The notes below the pieces were generated by a model. It was given only the letters and a program-made list of their open reading frames with translations, had not been told where the DNA came from and did not search any database. Made by a program: the position numbers and the translations under genes. Shown here piece after piece: positions 10,569-19,336 of a stretch of DNA of 64,000 bases; the first letter of the stretch is position 1, and each line of letters begins with the position of its first letter. Source of the DNA: Naegleria gruberi (lineage: Eukaryota); NCBI GenBank assembly GCA_000004985.1, contig GG738853.1; one strand, given 5' to 3'.

Positions 10569-11237
10569 TCAATTTAATAAATAGTCAAGTGCCATGTCAA
10601 AATTGCCATTGGCTTTTTTGAGTGCATTCTTGATTACATTCATATCAGTAATCATTGGAAAGAAATCCTTAATCCAATTTGCATTATATTCATCAAGATC
10701 AACTGAAGATTCCTCAATCTGAAGAGTCTTCTTTTCAAATTCTATCAAATGACGAATGAACCCATAATTTGGTGAGATGGCTTTTCTTCTTTCTTTAACA
10801 TAGGAAATTGTATCTTTGAGATTTGTTCTGAAATGATCTAATATGAAAGAAATAACCATTGAGCTAGATCTGGAAATTCCTGCTTGACAATGAACCAAAA
10901 CACAACCTTTCTCTTCCAAACATTGTTTGAGAAATTCTAATGCATCAGGGATATGAGCAATAAGATTTTCATTAGGAGAATCATCAATTGAAATCTTTCT
11001 ACATTTGAGAGTCAGTACATGTTTGGTTTTAATTTCATTGGTTACATTCAAAATGTGAGTAATTCCCTTTTCCTCTTTTAAAAATTGAACATCCAACTCT
11101 GCTGAATAGTGTGGCCCTAAATATAAGAAAGGATGACCATGGGTATCAGCACCATCTTTAATAAATTGTATTTTACTTTTATCTTGATCGGAGTAGGAGA
11201 GAATGAGATTTGCTGAGAAGGAACCACAATCTGACAT
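10569..11237 (-). CDS. dual-specificity protein phosphatase (HCxxGxxRS) with C-terminal UBA-like domain; the track start 11276 is a TTG and the real ATG is at 11237
   Basis: VLVHCQAGISRSSSMVISFIL is the CX5R catalytic loop. The C-terminal MNVIKNALKKANGNFDMALDYLLN is UBA-like. The first in-frame ATG (MSDCGSF...) gives 222 aa. Confidence 0.7.
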   Translation of the reverse strand: MSDCGSFSANLILSYSDQDKSKIQFIKDGADTHGHPFLYLGPHYSAELDVQFLKEEKGITHILNVTNEIKTKHVLTLKCRKISIDDSPNENLIAHIPDALEFLKQCLEEKGCVLVHCQAGISRSSSMVISFILDHFRTNLKDTISYVKERRKAISPNYGFIRHLIEFEKKTLQIEESSVDLDEYNANWIKDFFPMITDMNVIKNALKKANGNFDMALDYLLN

Positions 11238-11294
11238 TTTTTTTGAACTTGATTCTTTTAATAGTTTGGCCAACAAAAAAATAACGTTACAAGA

Positions 11295-11319
11295 TTTTCG
11301 CGCCTAATACTTTCCCGCC
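11295..11319. promoter_or_regulatory. tandem E2F-like motifs TTTTCGCGCC and TTTCCCGCC in the divergent promoter between the DUSP (-) and the 11368 gene (+)
   Basis: Plus strand reads aagattttcgcgcctaatactttcccgccttacc. TTTCGCGC and TTTCCCGC are the classical E2F/DP consensus forms, and the two sites are 16 bp apart. Confidence 0.4.
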
Positions 11320-11367
11320 TTACCAAGATGTTAACAACTTGTTTTTCAACTCAAAAAAAATAACAAA

Positions 11368-12354
11368 ATGAGTACTGAACAAGCTCCTCAAAATCTCACT
11401 GCCAGCCCTTTGGCTTCAACTGATTCTACTATCAATTCCAACACAACTGCCTCGGGTATTCCGTTCATTAAATCTAGAGGAAGAACTGTCCCAAAACCTT
11501 TTAATCTTTCATCAACAAAGAAGAGAGACATTTCTCAAGTTTCAAACTCTTCGGAAGGGAAGAAAAATGTTGATCAAAGTAGTAAGAAGTTGAAATCAAC
11601 ACTCTCAAAGACTAACTCTGGTGTACCTTTCATCAAGAAGAAGGATGCCACTGTTTGTGAACCTCCTAAATTCCTCACCTCAAAGAGAGAAGTCCAAAAG
11701 AAACCAATCCAAAAGAAGGCTGAAAAGACTCCATTCACTGTTGAGGAAGATTTTGTAGAGAATGTGATGAGAGAAGTATATGCTCAAAATTTTAAGAAGG
11801 ATGTTTCTGCTGATATTGAAAAAGTCAAAGTACCTGTTGATGTCCTTATTACTAGATTGAACAACAAGTTGGAAGAATGCAAAAATACTTATCTTTTCAA
11901 TGTGCAATCTATTGATCTTTCAACATTGAAAAACTTTTGCAGACAACACTCTAAAAAGTTTGAAATTGCTCAAGACAAGGAGAAGAACCAAAAAGTAGTT
12001 CGTTTGAAGAAACCAAACGTTCTCAAAACAGTCAATACCATCATTAACAAGCCATTGAAATCTGTTTTGATTGCATCCATTAAGAATAACAACACAACCC
12101 ACTCAACTCCAACACAAGAAATCATAATTCTTCAAGAGGTTTCAGAACTTTGTGAAAAACAAGTGGAAGAACCTTCCAAGCAAAATGAGGAAGAAAATCA
12201 ACAAACTGAACTTGTTGAAACAGTTCAGTTGGTGGAGGAAGTATCTGTCACAGAACCTGTGGAGGAAGTAAATATGATTGAATCAGTGGAATCTGTCAAT
12301 AAGGAAGAACCAATTTCTGAAACTATTCCAGAAGAAACTGCTATCACTGTTTAG
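11368..12354 (+). CDS. hypothetical Lys/Ser-rich protein with repeated PFIK / KPFNL-type motifs and an acidic C-terminus
   Basis: ATG with an A-rich context (aacaaaATGagt). Two copies of a GxPFIKxxxxTVxxPxxF-like motif (GIPFIKSRGRTVPKPFNLS and GVPFIKKKDATVCEPPKFLTS). No confident family assignment. Confidence 0.4.
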   Translation: MSTEQAPQNLTASPLASTDSTINSNTTASGIPFIKSRGRTVPKPFNLSSTKKRDISQVSNSSEGKKNVDQSSKKLKSTLSKTNSGVPFIKKKDATVCEPPKFLTSKREVQKKPIQKKAEKTPFTVEEDFVENVMREVYAQNFKKDVSADIEKVKVPVDVLITRLNNKLEECKNTYLFNVQSIDLSTLKNFCRQHSKKFEIAQDKEKNQKVVRLKKPNVLKTVNTIINKPLKSVLIASIKNNNTTHSTPTQEIIILQEVSELCEKQVEEPSKQNEEENQQTELVETVQLVEEVSVTEPVEEVNMIESVESVNKEEPISETIPEETAITV

Positions 12355-12410
12355 GCCTTACATGGACAAAATTAAGTTTTTCTCCTTGTGAATTGTAAAT
12401 AAAACTAACT

Positions 12411-14195
12411 TTATTCTTCTTCAGCAGCAAAGAATTTTTCCAAAATGCCAACACAAGTTTCATAAATTTGGGTGTTTTGATGGTTTTGGAGATTTTCAAT
12501 TCTGTCAAGTCCTCCATATTCTTCAATAGCATTTGTAACAACGTCAAGAATATTTTGTCTTTCGGCTGAGTTCAATACAGCTTGAAGACCTTCCAAAGCA
12601 ACTTGGATAATCTTTTGGTCTCCAACTAAAAGACCATCACAAAATGGTCGAATCACTCCTTGATCAATAATATACTTAATTTGTTCATCTGTGCCCCCTT
12701 CACATGAATTGGCAAGTGCCCAATAGGCTTCTTTTGTTACATCAAACGATTCAGATCCAGAAACAAGAATTGAAATAATCTTTGGAATGATACCAGCATC
12801 GATAACCATTTGAATTTGATCTCTGGTACCTGCAGTAATGTTTGAAAGTGTCCACATTACTTCTTTTCTTATTGACTTCTTTGGGTGAGTGAGAAGGTTT
12901 GGTAAGTGATTAAGGAGACCACATCTCAAAACTGTTGATGTTTGGTAATCATCACCAGTGACTATATTACCAATTGCTCTTAATGCAGGACTAGAAAGTT
13001 ATTTGTTAATTGATATTTTCCATTGTGGATATAATACTTACGTTTGAATAGAAGAATTATGATGACTAAGTAACTCAATAAGTTTGTTTGTTGCTCCAAC
13101 TTCAATAATTGCTTGAATTCTGTCAGTAGGCCCATCAGATGCATATGAAATAGCCCAACAAGCATCAATCAAAACGTCATCATCTGAACTATGGAGGAGG
13201 TGAACAAGAACAGGAATAGCAGTTAAAACAATTTCCCAAGGTGGGGCTGGCTTTCCTCTGAATAAATTTGATAAGGTCCATGTGGCATCTCTCTTCACTC
13301 TGTCGCTTGTTTCTGATTGAATCATTTTTAAAACTTTTGGCATGGCTCCTTGGTTGAGAACTAAATCTCTCAAAGTGCATGAATCACCACTAATATTTCC
13401 CAAAGCCCAAACACTTTGTTGTCTCAAATCTTCACTTTCACTATCAAGGAGATTAATCATTCTAGGAATACAATCCAATTCGACTACATATCTGGTATGA
13501 TCTGCAGTACCTGAGGCAATATTTGTAATGGCCCAAGTTGCTTCAAATTGTAATTGATACAAGTTGGATACAGAAATTGATTTCTTGGTTGGATCGTGTG
13601 ACCAAACTTGTGGAGGAGGGGAGGAAGATCCAGAGTAATCCACATTAAAGTATTTGTGAACTTCATTCAAATCTAAATATTGTACAAAATATGGTACTGC
13701 TCCCGATAAAATAACTTCATCAATTGGAGGATTTCTTTCAATTGACAATAATCTTCTAAAACGTTGAGTGGTTTCAATAATAGCTGCAAAGTTATTCCAT
13801 TCCATATCTAAACTAGCAACAAGAATGGATAAATCACGAAGTTGACTAGAAATAGGTGGTCTCTTTCTTCTCTTGTCATATGATATTTTTGTAATCTTGT
13901 TCAAATTTTTAACAAAGTCACGAGATTTTTGCACTGCTGATTGAATTATATTTTCGGATTGTTGTTCAGATGATGATTCTTGAATAGATGGTAAAGGTTT
14001 TATGTTTGGTTCTATTCTTGGAGAGGAAGATCCCCAAACATCTCGTTTCTGTTCAGAGCAATAACTTTGTCTGACATTGGAAATTAATTTTTCTCTTTGT
14101 TGTACTTTGAGCATTCTTTGACGTAATAAAGTTGCTTGGATTTCATTCTTTCCAGATTTAGCATCCTGAATAACACTTGTTGGTGATTGGGACAT
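12411..14195 (-). CDS. importin subunit alpha, paralog B, two exons join(14195..13042,12991..12411), ~577 aa
   Basis: ATG at 14195. Exon 1 ends ...SSIQ + 'ac'. A 50-nt intron at 12992-13041 starts GTAAGTATTATATCC and ends TTTCTAG, and the track stop of ORF 13038..14195 is inside the GTAAGT. Exon 2 continues T-PALRAIGNIVTGDDYQTSTVLRCGLLNHL..., which parallels paralog A ([29 protein letters not shown]). Identity to paralog A is only ~45%, with a ~35-aa insertion. Confidence 0.8.
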
Positions 14196-14390
14196 GATGA
14201 TTGTTGTTTCCGTAATAAATATATGTACTAGCTTGTAATAAATTATTATTTACAAAATGATGAACAAGAAAATTAGTCAAAAGAGAATGTGTGAAGGAAG
14301 GTGGTTGCTGATCAAAAAATCAAAAGGTTTTGCTGATGGTGTAAAAAAATTAATTCGACTCCTGATGTTGAACCTGTGATTAAAAATAAG

Positions 14391-14399
14391 TTTGGCGCC
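14391..14399. promoter_or_regulatory. E2F-like motif TTTGGCGCC ~200 bp upstream of importin-alpha B
   Basis: Plus strand reads aagtttggcgccttttgattttttt. It has the same core as the motif upstream of paralog A. Confidence 0.35.
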
Positions 14400-14531
14400 T
14401 TTTGATTTTTTTTAAATTTTATTTTGAAAAATATGTTGATTAGTACTGGCGAGTGATCGCTGACGAGGAATCACACAATTTGTGGAATATTCAGAGTTGA
14501 TTACAATGGTAAAAAGATTCTGTTGAAATGC

Positions 14532-15179
14532 TTATTTCCTTCTACTATAGAGACCTTTTGGAATTAAGCGATTCTTGACTTTAAATCCTTGGTGGTTCTG
14601 TACTTTTCCATTGAAGAGTTTAGAAAAGATGTGCTCTGAAAATTCAATTTTAAAACATGTTGTCTTTCTTCTTCCTCTTGGCATTCTAGTAGTGCAGAAT
14701 ATGTAGCGGTTCCAAAGTTCTTTCTCTGATAGATTGGTTAAGCTTGTTGGCATTGAATTTTTGGAGAATTTCAAATGTTGTGTTGGTTGAGAATTTTGAA
14801 ATTGTTTGTTGTTATTATTTGATGGATAAGAAGCACATGTGATGGTACTTGATTGATTTACGTGTGTAGGTTGACTGCATGTGTTCACTGGAAAGGTTGC
14901 TGTTGTGGCCTCATGTAATGAAAAATTCAAACTGATAACTGAATTGGTTGCATGTTGAGGAACCAACTCATGAAGCCAAACCTCTTCATAAACAAACTTC
15001 ATTGGAATTAACGCTTTGGCACTTGTCTGTTTGAACATTTTGTTTGGTTTCAGTTTTTTTAATGAGAGGAATAACAGATTTAAACTACTACGAAAAAACC
15101 ACTTACACTTTGCATGTTTGGTTAGCAACCCTCTGTGAATGAAACTGTCATTGTTATCTGCATCTTTATTGTGAATCAT
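14532..15179 (-). CDS. hypothetical ORF (215 aa), unrecognised; may be part of a spliced gene
   Basis: ATG-initiated open frame with non-repetitive composition and no recognisable domain. Listed because no other gene accounts for this interval. Confidence 0.2.
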   Translation of the reverse strand: MIHNKDADNNDSFIHRGLLTKHAKCKWFFRSSLNLLFLSLKKLKPNKMFKQTSAKALIPMKFVYEEVWLHELVPQHATNSVISLNFSLHEATTATFPVNTCSQPTHVNQSSTITCASYPSNNNNKQFQNSQPTQHLKFSKNSMPTSLTNLSEKELWNRYIFCTTRMPRGRRKTTCFKIEFSEHIFSKLFNGKVQNHQGFKVKNRLIPKGLYSRRK

Positions 15180-15396
15180 CTGACATTGTTATATTGCATC
15201 TTGGAGAGTAAGTCAACAAATATGATTGTAATGAGGCTTATTTTGGACGGAAATATTGTCCTCAAGTTGGATTTACATTAAGAGTTCCCAAAGTTTCGTC
15301 ATTGTCTCAATGTGCAAACACCATTTTTCATTATTGTAACTTTTGGTTAGATTTAAAAATAATATACTTCATATTTCACATTTTGGGATAGTTAAT

Positions 15397-15514
15397 GACT
15401 ACGGCCATATCACGATGAATGCACCTCATCCCGTCCGATTTGAGAAGTTAAGCATCGTCGAGCCACATCAGTACTGAGGTTGGAGACAACTTGGGAACCT
15501 GTGGTGCTGTAGTC
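15397..15514 (+). rRNA. 5S ribosomal RNA gene, copy 1 (~118 nt) followed by a T5 Pol III terminator
   Basis: GACTACGGCCATATCACGATGAATGCACCTCATCCCGTCCGATTTGAGAAGTTAAGCATCGTCGAGCCACATCAGTACTGAGGTTGGAGACAACTTGGGAACCTGTGGTGCTGTAGTC aligns along its whole length with eukaryotic 5S (GxCTACGGCCATAcCAC...CCGTCyGATyTgaGAAGtTAAGC...GTACT...GGGAA...GGTGCTGTAGtC). The 5' and 3' ends can pair (helix I) and TTTTT follows at 15515-15519. Confidence 0.85.
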
Positions 15515-15608
15515 TTTTTGCAGATTGCATTTGTAATATCACTTTGTTGGGAGCTTGTTTTTATTGATATTGCAATAATGTTACATTGAGTACTGTAGAA
15601 AGCAGTAA

Positions 15609-15992
15609 TTAACTTTTTAGCTTCAGAATCAGCAGAGGGACTTTGTCTTTCATATCAAGACTCAAGTTGCAGTCCAAAGTGACAACCAATTCAGTACCAT
15701 TAACCTTGTTAGAATATCCAAGGAAACCAGAAGCTTCCTTACTGTCAGCATTGTGAACAACTCTGAAAATCAATCTTTCCAATCCCATGCAAGCGTCCTT
15801 ACAATCAGGTTCCTTGATCAAAACCTTGGCAATTTCACTCATATTGCTCAATCTTGGACTTTCAATTAAGAATTTGATGCAATTATTCAACAAGGTATCT
15901 TCAGCAGATCTATCACCATATTTTATTTCAGTTGGCAACGCACTTCCACACATGTTTTCATTGAATAATTCTTCGTGAGTTTGTTGAGTCAT
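15609..15992 (-). CDS. hypothetical small protein (127 aa)
   Basis: ATG-initiated with balanced composition (MTQQTHEELFNENMCGSALPTEIKYGDRSAEDTLLNNCIKFLIESPRLSNMSEIAKVLIKEPDCKDACMGLERLIFRVVHNADSKEASGFLGYSNKVNGTELVVTLDCNLSLDMKDKVPLLILKLKS). No confident family. Confidence 0.35.
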   Translation of the reverse strand: MTQQTHEELFNENMCGSALPTEIKYGDRSAEDTLLNNCIKFLIESPRLSNMSEIAKVLIKEPDCKDACMGLERLIFRVVHNADSKEASGFLGYSNKVNGTELVVTLDCNLSLDMKDKVPLLILKLKS

Positions 15993-16638
15993 TTTGATTT
16001 TGTTTGTTTCATTTCTAAAGTGTTGTGATTAAGTGCAAGAATGAGCAAAGTCAAGGCAACAAACAAAATGAAAAGAAGGGAAACATGTTCCAGTATTTAA
16101 AGAACTTGGATTTGTGAGAATTCAGTATTTAAGTACTTTGTACAACAGAGATTTATTGAAAAATGAATTGATTCAATCTGATATCGTACAATATTTGTTC
16201 TTGATATTAAGAGTGTTACAATTTTGCAAATACTGAGTGAGAGACAACTTTCGCAGAACGTGATTATCAAATCAACTGAGGAAAATAAGGCTGTTTCTCA
16301 AAAATTCCATCAAATGTTTGTCCATCCTATAAGCAACACATCTGCTTCAAAGCTCCAGGACAGAGAATACATGGTTATCAAATATCTAACAGATAGAGAA
16401 GCTTTGTTGGAAAAGATTCCAGATCACTCACTCCAAATGAAGGCAATAATACTCATGATACTGGTAGCCTTAATTGTTTCATACTGATACGGAAGGTAAC
16501 TCTATCCACTTTAGCACTATGAATTTCTTGGATTCTTCATCTCCAATTACACATGGCAGAGAATGTCCTGGTTTGCAACAAAAGTTCTGTGATGGTATTA
16601 CTTTCCCTCCAACTCAAGATGTTTTGTCCACTCCTTCA

Positions 16639-17877
16639 TCACCAATTAGAATTAAATTGATTGTCAGAAATATTAAGTGATGTTAATTGCTTCATTTCAC
16701 TGATGTACTTGGCTCCTTCATCACCAATTCGATTGCTAACAATATCAAGTGATGTTAACTGTTTCATTTCACTTATGAATTTGGCACCTTCACCACTAAT
16801 TGAATTGTAAGAAATATTAAGTGATGTTAATTGTTTCATTTCACTTATATATTTGGCACCTTCATCACTAATTAGATTGTAAGAAATATCAAGTGATGTT
16901 AATTGTTTCATTTCACTTATGAATTTAGCTCCTTCTTCACTAATTTGATTGCAATATGTAATTTCATTGCCAGAAATAGTAAGTGATGTTAATTGTTTCA
17001 TTTCACTTAGGTATTTGACTCCTTCATCACCAATCTCATTGTCAGAAATATCAAGTGATGTTAATTGTTTCATTTCGCTTATGAATTTAGCTCCTTCTCC
17101 ACTAATTTCATTGAAAACAATATCAAGTGATGTTAACTGTTTCATTTCACTTATGAATTTGGCTCCTTCATCACTAATTGAATTGTAAGAAATATTAAGT
17201 GATGTTAATTGTTTCATTTCCCTTATATATTTGGCTCCTTCATCACCAATTAGATTCTTATATATATGGAGTGACATTAATTGTTTCATTTCACTTATGA
17301 ATTTGGCTCCTTCATCACTAATTGCATTGTAAGAAATATTAAGTGATGTTAATTGTTTCATTTCACTGATGTACTTGGCTCCTTCATCACCAATTTCAAT
17401 GTCAGAAATATCAAGTGATGTTAATTGCCTCATTTCACTTATATATTTGGCTCCTTCATCACCAATTTGATTTTCAGAAATATCAAGTGATGTTAATTGT
17501 TTCATTTCAGTTATGAATTTGGCTTCAAGAAACCGACAAGAAAATTTAACATTAACAATACTACTCATAAATTGACTTTTCATGAATAATTCAATTCTTT
17601 TTTCTGTGAATGTTTTTTTAAATTCAATAACAAGTTTTGAACGTTCCTTGATCACATTAAAGAATTGTTTTGAAATCAAGGAACAATCATTTAAAATAAA
17701 CCACGAATCATCAATCATGGAAATTATTTCAAAACAAACATCATCTGAAAATATTTCTTGTTGTTGGAGTTTCACAACTTTTGTTGATTTCTCTTCCACA
17801 ATATTATTGTTAGTGAATACCTCCCCCGAATTAATGAATTGATGATTTTCAAAATCTTGTCTTTTTCGTTTGCTCAT
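16639..17877 (-). CDS. F-box-like + 13x 24-residue RNI-type leucine-rich-repeat protein (412 aa)
   Basis: ATG at 17877. The N-terminus (DDVCFEIISMIDDSWFILNDCSLISKQFFNVIKERSKL) is F-box-like. It is followed by 13 near-identical repeats MKQLTSL(D/N)IS(Y/D)N.I(S/G)DEGAKYISE. The stop lies within a degenerate 14th repeat. Confidence 0.7.
   Translation of the reverse strand: MSKRKRQDFENHQFINSGEVFTNNNIVEEKSTKVVKLQQQEIFSDDVCFEIISMIDDSWFILNDCSLISKQFFNVIKERSKLVIEFKKTFTEKRIELFMKSQFMSSIVNVKFSCRFLEAKFITEMKQLTSLDISENQIGDEGAKYISEMRQLTSLDISDIEIGDEGAKYISEMKQLTSLNISYNAISDEGAKFISEMKQLMSLHIYKNLIGDEGAKYIREMKQLTSLNISYNSISDEGAKFISEMKQLTSLDIVFNEISGEGAKFISEMKQLTSLDISDNEIGDEGVKYLSEMKQLTSLTISGNEITYCNQISEEGAKFISEMKQLTSLDISYNLISDEGAKYISEMKQLTSLNISYNSISGEGAKFISEMKQLTSLDIVSNRIGDEGAKYISEMKQLTSLNISDNQFNSNW
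16680..17520. repeat. 72-bp tandem repeat array (~13 units) that encodes the LRR units of the gene above
   Basis: The unit ...aatatcaagtgatgttaattgtttcatttcacttatgaatttggctccttcatcactaatt... recurs with >85% identity. A partial degenerate copy continues 3' of the stop (16600-16640). Confidence 0.7.
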
Positions 17878-18090
17878 TTTTTAAATAATAGCACTAGAGA
17901 AAACCTGTGCTTGCTTACAAAGATTCTTGTGCTGCATGTCAATTAATTGGCAACAGATTCAATCTTCCTTATTCATGATAAATAAATTCTCGATATTAGA
18001 AAATGATGTTATTTCTGCAGTCCTTTGAATGTGGTTTAAATTTGTTAATCAAATTCGAATATTTGGAACATCATTCAATACTTTAAAAAA

Positions 18091-19314
18091 ATGAGTTCAC
18101 AACTGACACACCTTTCGGACAGCCACAGTCATTTAAAATTACTAATCACAGTAGCAATCATTGTGATGACAGTCCTCACCACTGTTTCGGAACAAGCAAT
18201 TTTACCACCAAAAGCATTTCCACATGTGAAGCGACCTTTTATTTCCTCTCATCGTGGCTCTAGATTTATTGCTCCTGAAAATACTTTACAAGGCTTCAAG
18301 GCCATGTTAGCATTAGGTACTGGTGTGATTGAATTTGATGTTCGTTTGACCAAGGATCACCAATTGGTTGTCTATCATGATGAAGTTGTGAATAGAACTA
18401 CTGATCACAAGGGACCTGTCTCTTCATTTACTGTTTCGGAATTAAAGAGTATGAAAGCTGCCTATAATATTAAGGATAAAAAAGGAAGTTTTGCTTTTAG
18501 AAATAATGAGGAAATCAAAATTTCAACATTGAAGGAAGTGTTTGAGGAATTTTGGGGGAAATATCCAAAGATATTGACATCATCTGATGTTAATATGAAT
18601 ATTGAAATTAAGGATAATGATATGTTAGCATCTGAATTACTAATTGATCTTTTATCAAAATATGAAAAATCTAATGAGCATGTATTGATTGTTTCCAATT
18701 ATTGCCCACCTTTGGAAAATATTCAAAACAAGTTACCACTTGTCCCAACAGGAACTTGTGAAAAAGAGGCTATGAGCTTTGTCATTTATCATATTTTAAA
18801 TGATTTATTTTATCCATTTGTTGAAATTGGTAAATTATTCATGAAGGATAGATTGGAAAATCAATATAGTGCTTTCCAATTACCTACCTCTCACATGGGA
18901 ATCAATTTTTCGACTCCATACTTTGTTCAAGATGCTCATGCGCTCAATTCCAAAGAAATTCACTATTGGGTTGTCAACACAAAGCAAAGTATGAAACAAT
19001 TATTACTTCTTGGTGCTGAATGTTTGATTACTGACAGAACTGATTTGGCTCTTGAAGTTTGGGAGGAAATGAAACTTCCACTCACTAATAATTGGATGGA
19101 GAAATACCAAGATTATTTGCCTTATGTAATCAAACCTTCAGAAGATTTCGAGGAAGTTCACACTTGTGTAGCTTTCATTTGCCAAGTTATTGGATCAATT
19201 AAGCCAATATTGATAGTTGTGTTAGTGTTGGGTCTATTCGTTTGTCTAAGATTGATGAGTTACATTTTTGGAATGATGTGCCAAGGTAAAAACAGCAAAC
19301 TTAAAGTTGATTAA
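18091..19314 (+). CDS. glycerophosphodiester phosphodiesterase (GDPD) domain membrane protein, 407 aa
   Basis: HRGSRFIAPENTLQGFKAMLALGTGVIEFDVRLTKDHQLVVYHDEVV matches the GDPD signature (HRG...PENT...E.D......D...V.HD). Hydrophobic segments at the N-terminus (LLITVAIIVMTVLTTV) and C-terminus (ILIVVLVLGLFVCL). Confidence 0.75.
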   Translation: MSSQLTHLSDSHSHLKLLITVAIIVMTVLTTVSEQAILPPKAFPHVKRPFISSHRGSRFIAPENTLQGFKAMLALGTGVIEFDVRLTKDHQLVVYHDEVVNRTTDHKGPVSSFTVSELKSMKAAYNIKDKKGSFAFRNNEEIKISTLKEVFEEFWGKYPKILTSSDVNMNIEIKDNDMLASELLIDLLSKYEKSNEHVLIVSNYCPPLENIQNKLPLVPTGTCEKEAMSFVIYHILNDLFYPFVEIGKLFMKDRLENQYSAFQLPTSHMGINFSTPYFVQDAHALNSKEIHYWVVNTKQSMKQLLLLGAECLITDRTDLALEVWEEMKLPLTNNWMEKYQDYLPYVIKPSEDFEEVHTCVAFICQVIGSIKPILIVVLVLGLFVCLRLMSYIFGMMCQGKNSKLKVD

Positions 19315-19336
19315 TGTACATTATTAACAAATTAAT

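Noticed and set aside
16680-17520. Regularly spaced near-identical 72-bp repeats, which superficially resemble a CRISPR-like array
   Set aside because: There are no spacers. The units are contiguous and in frame, encoding 24-aa leucine-rich repeats of an F-box protein. The genome is eukaryotic.
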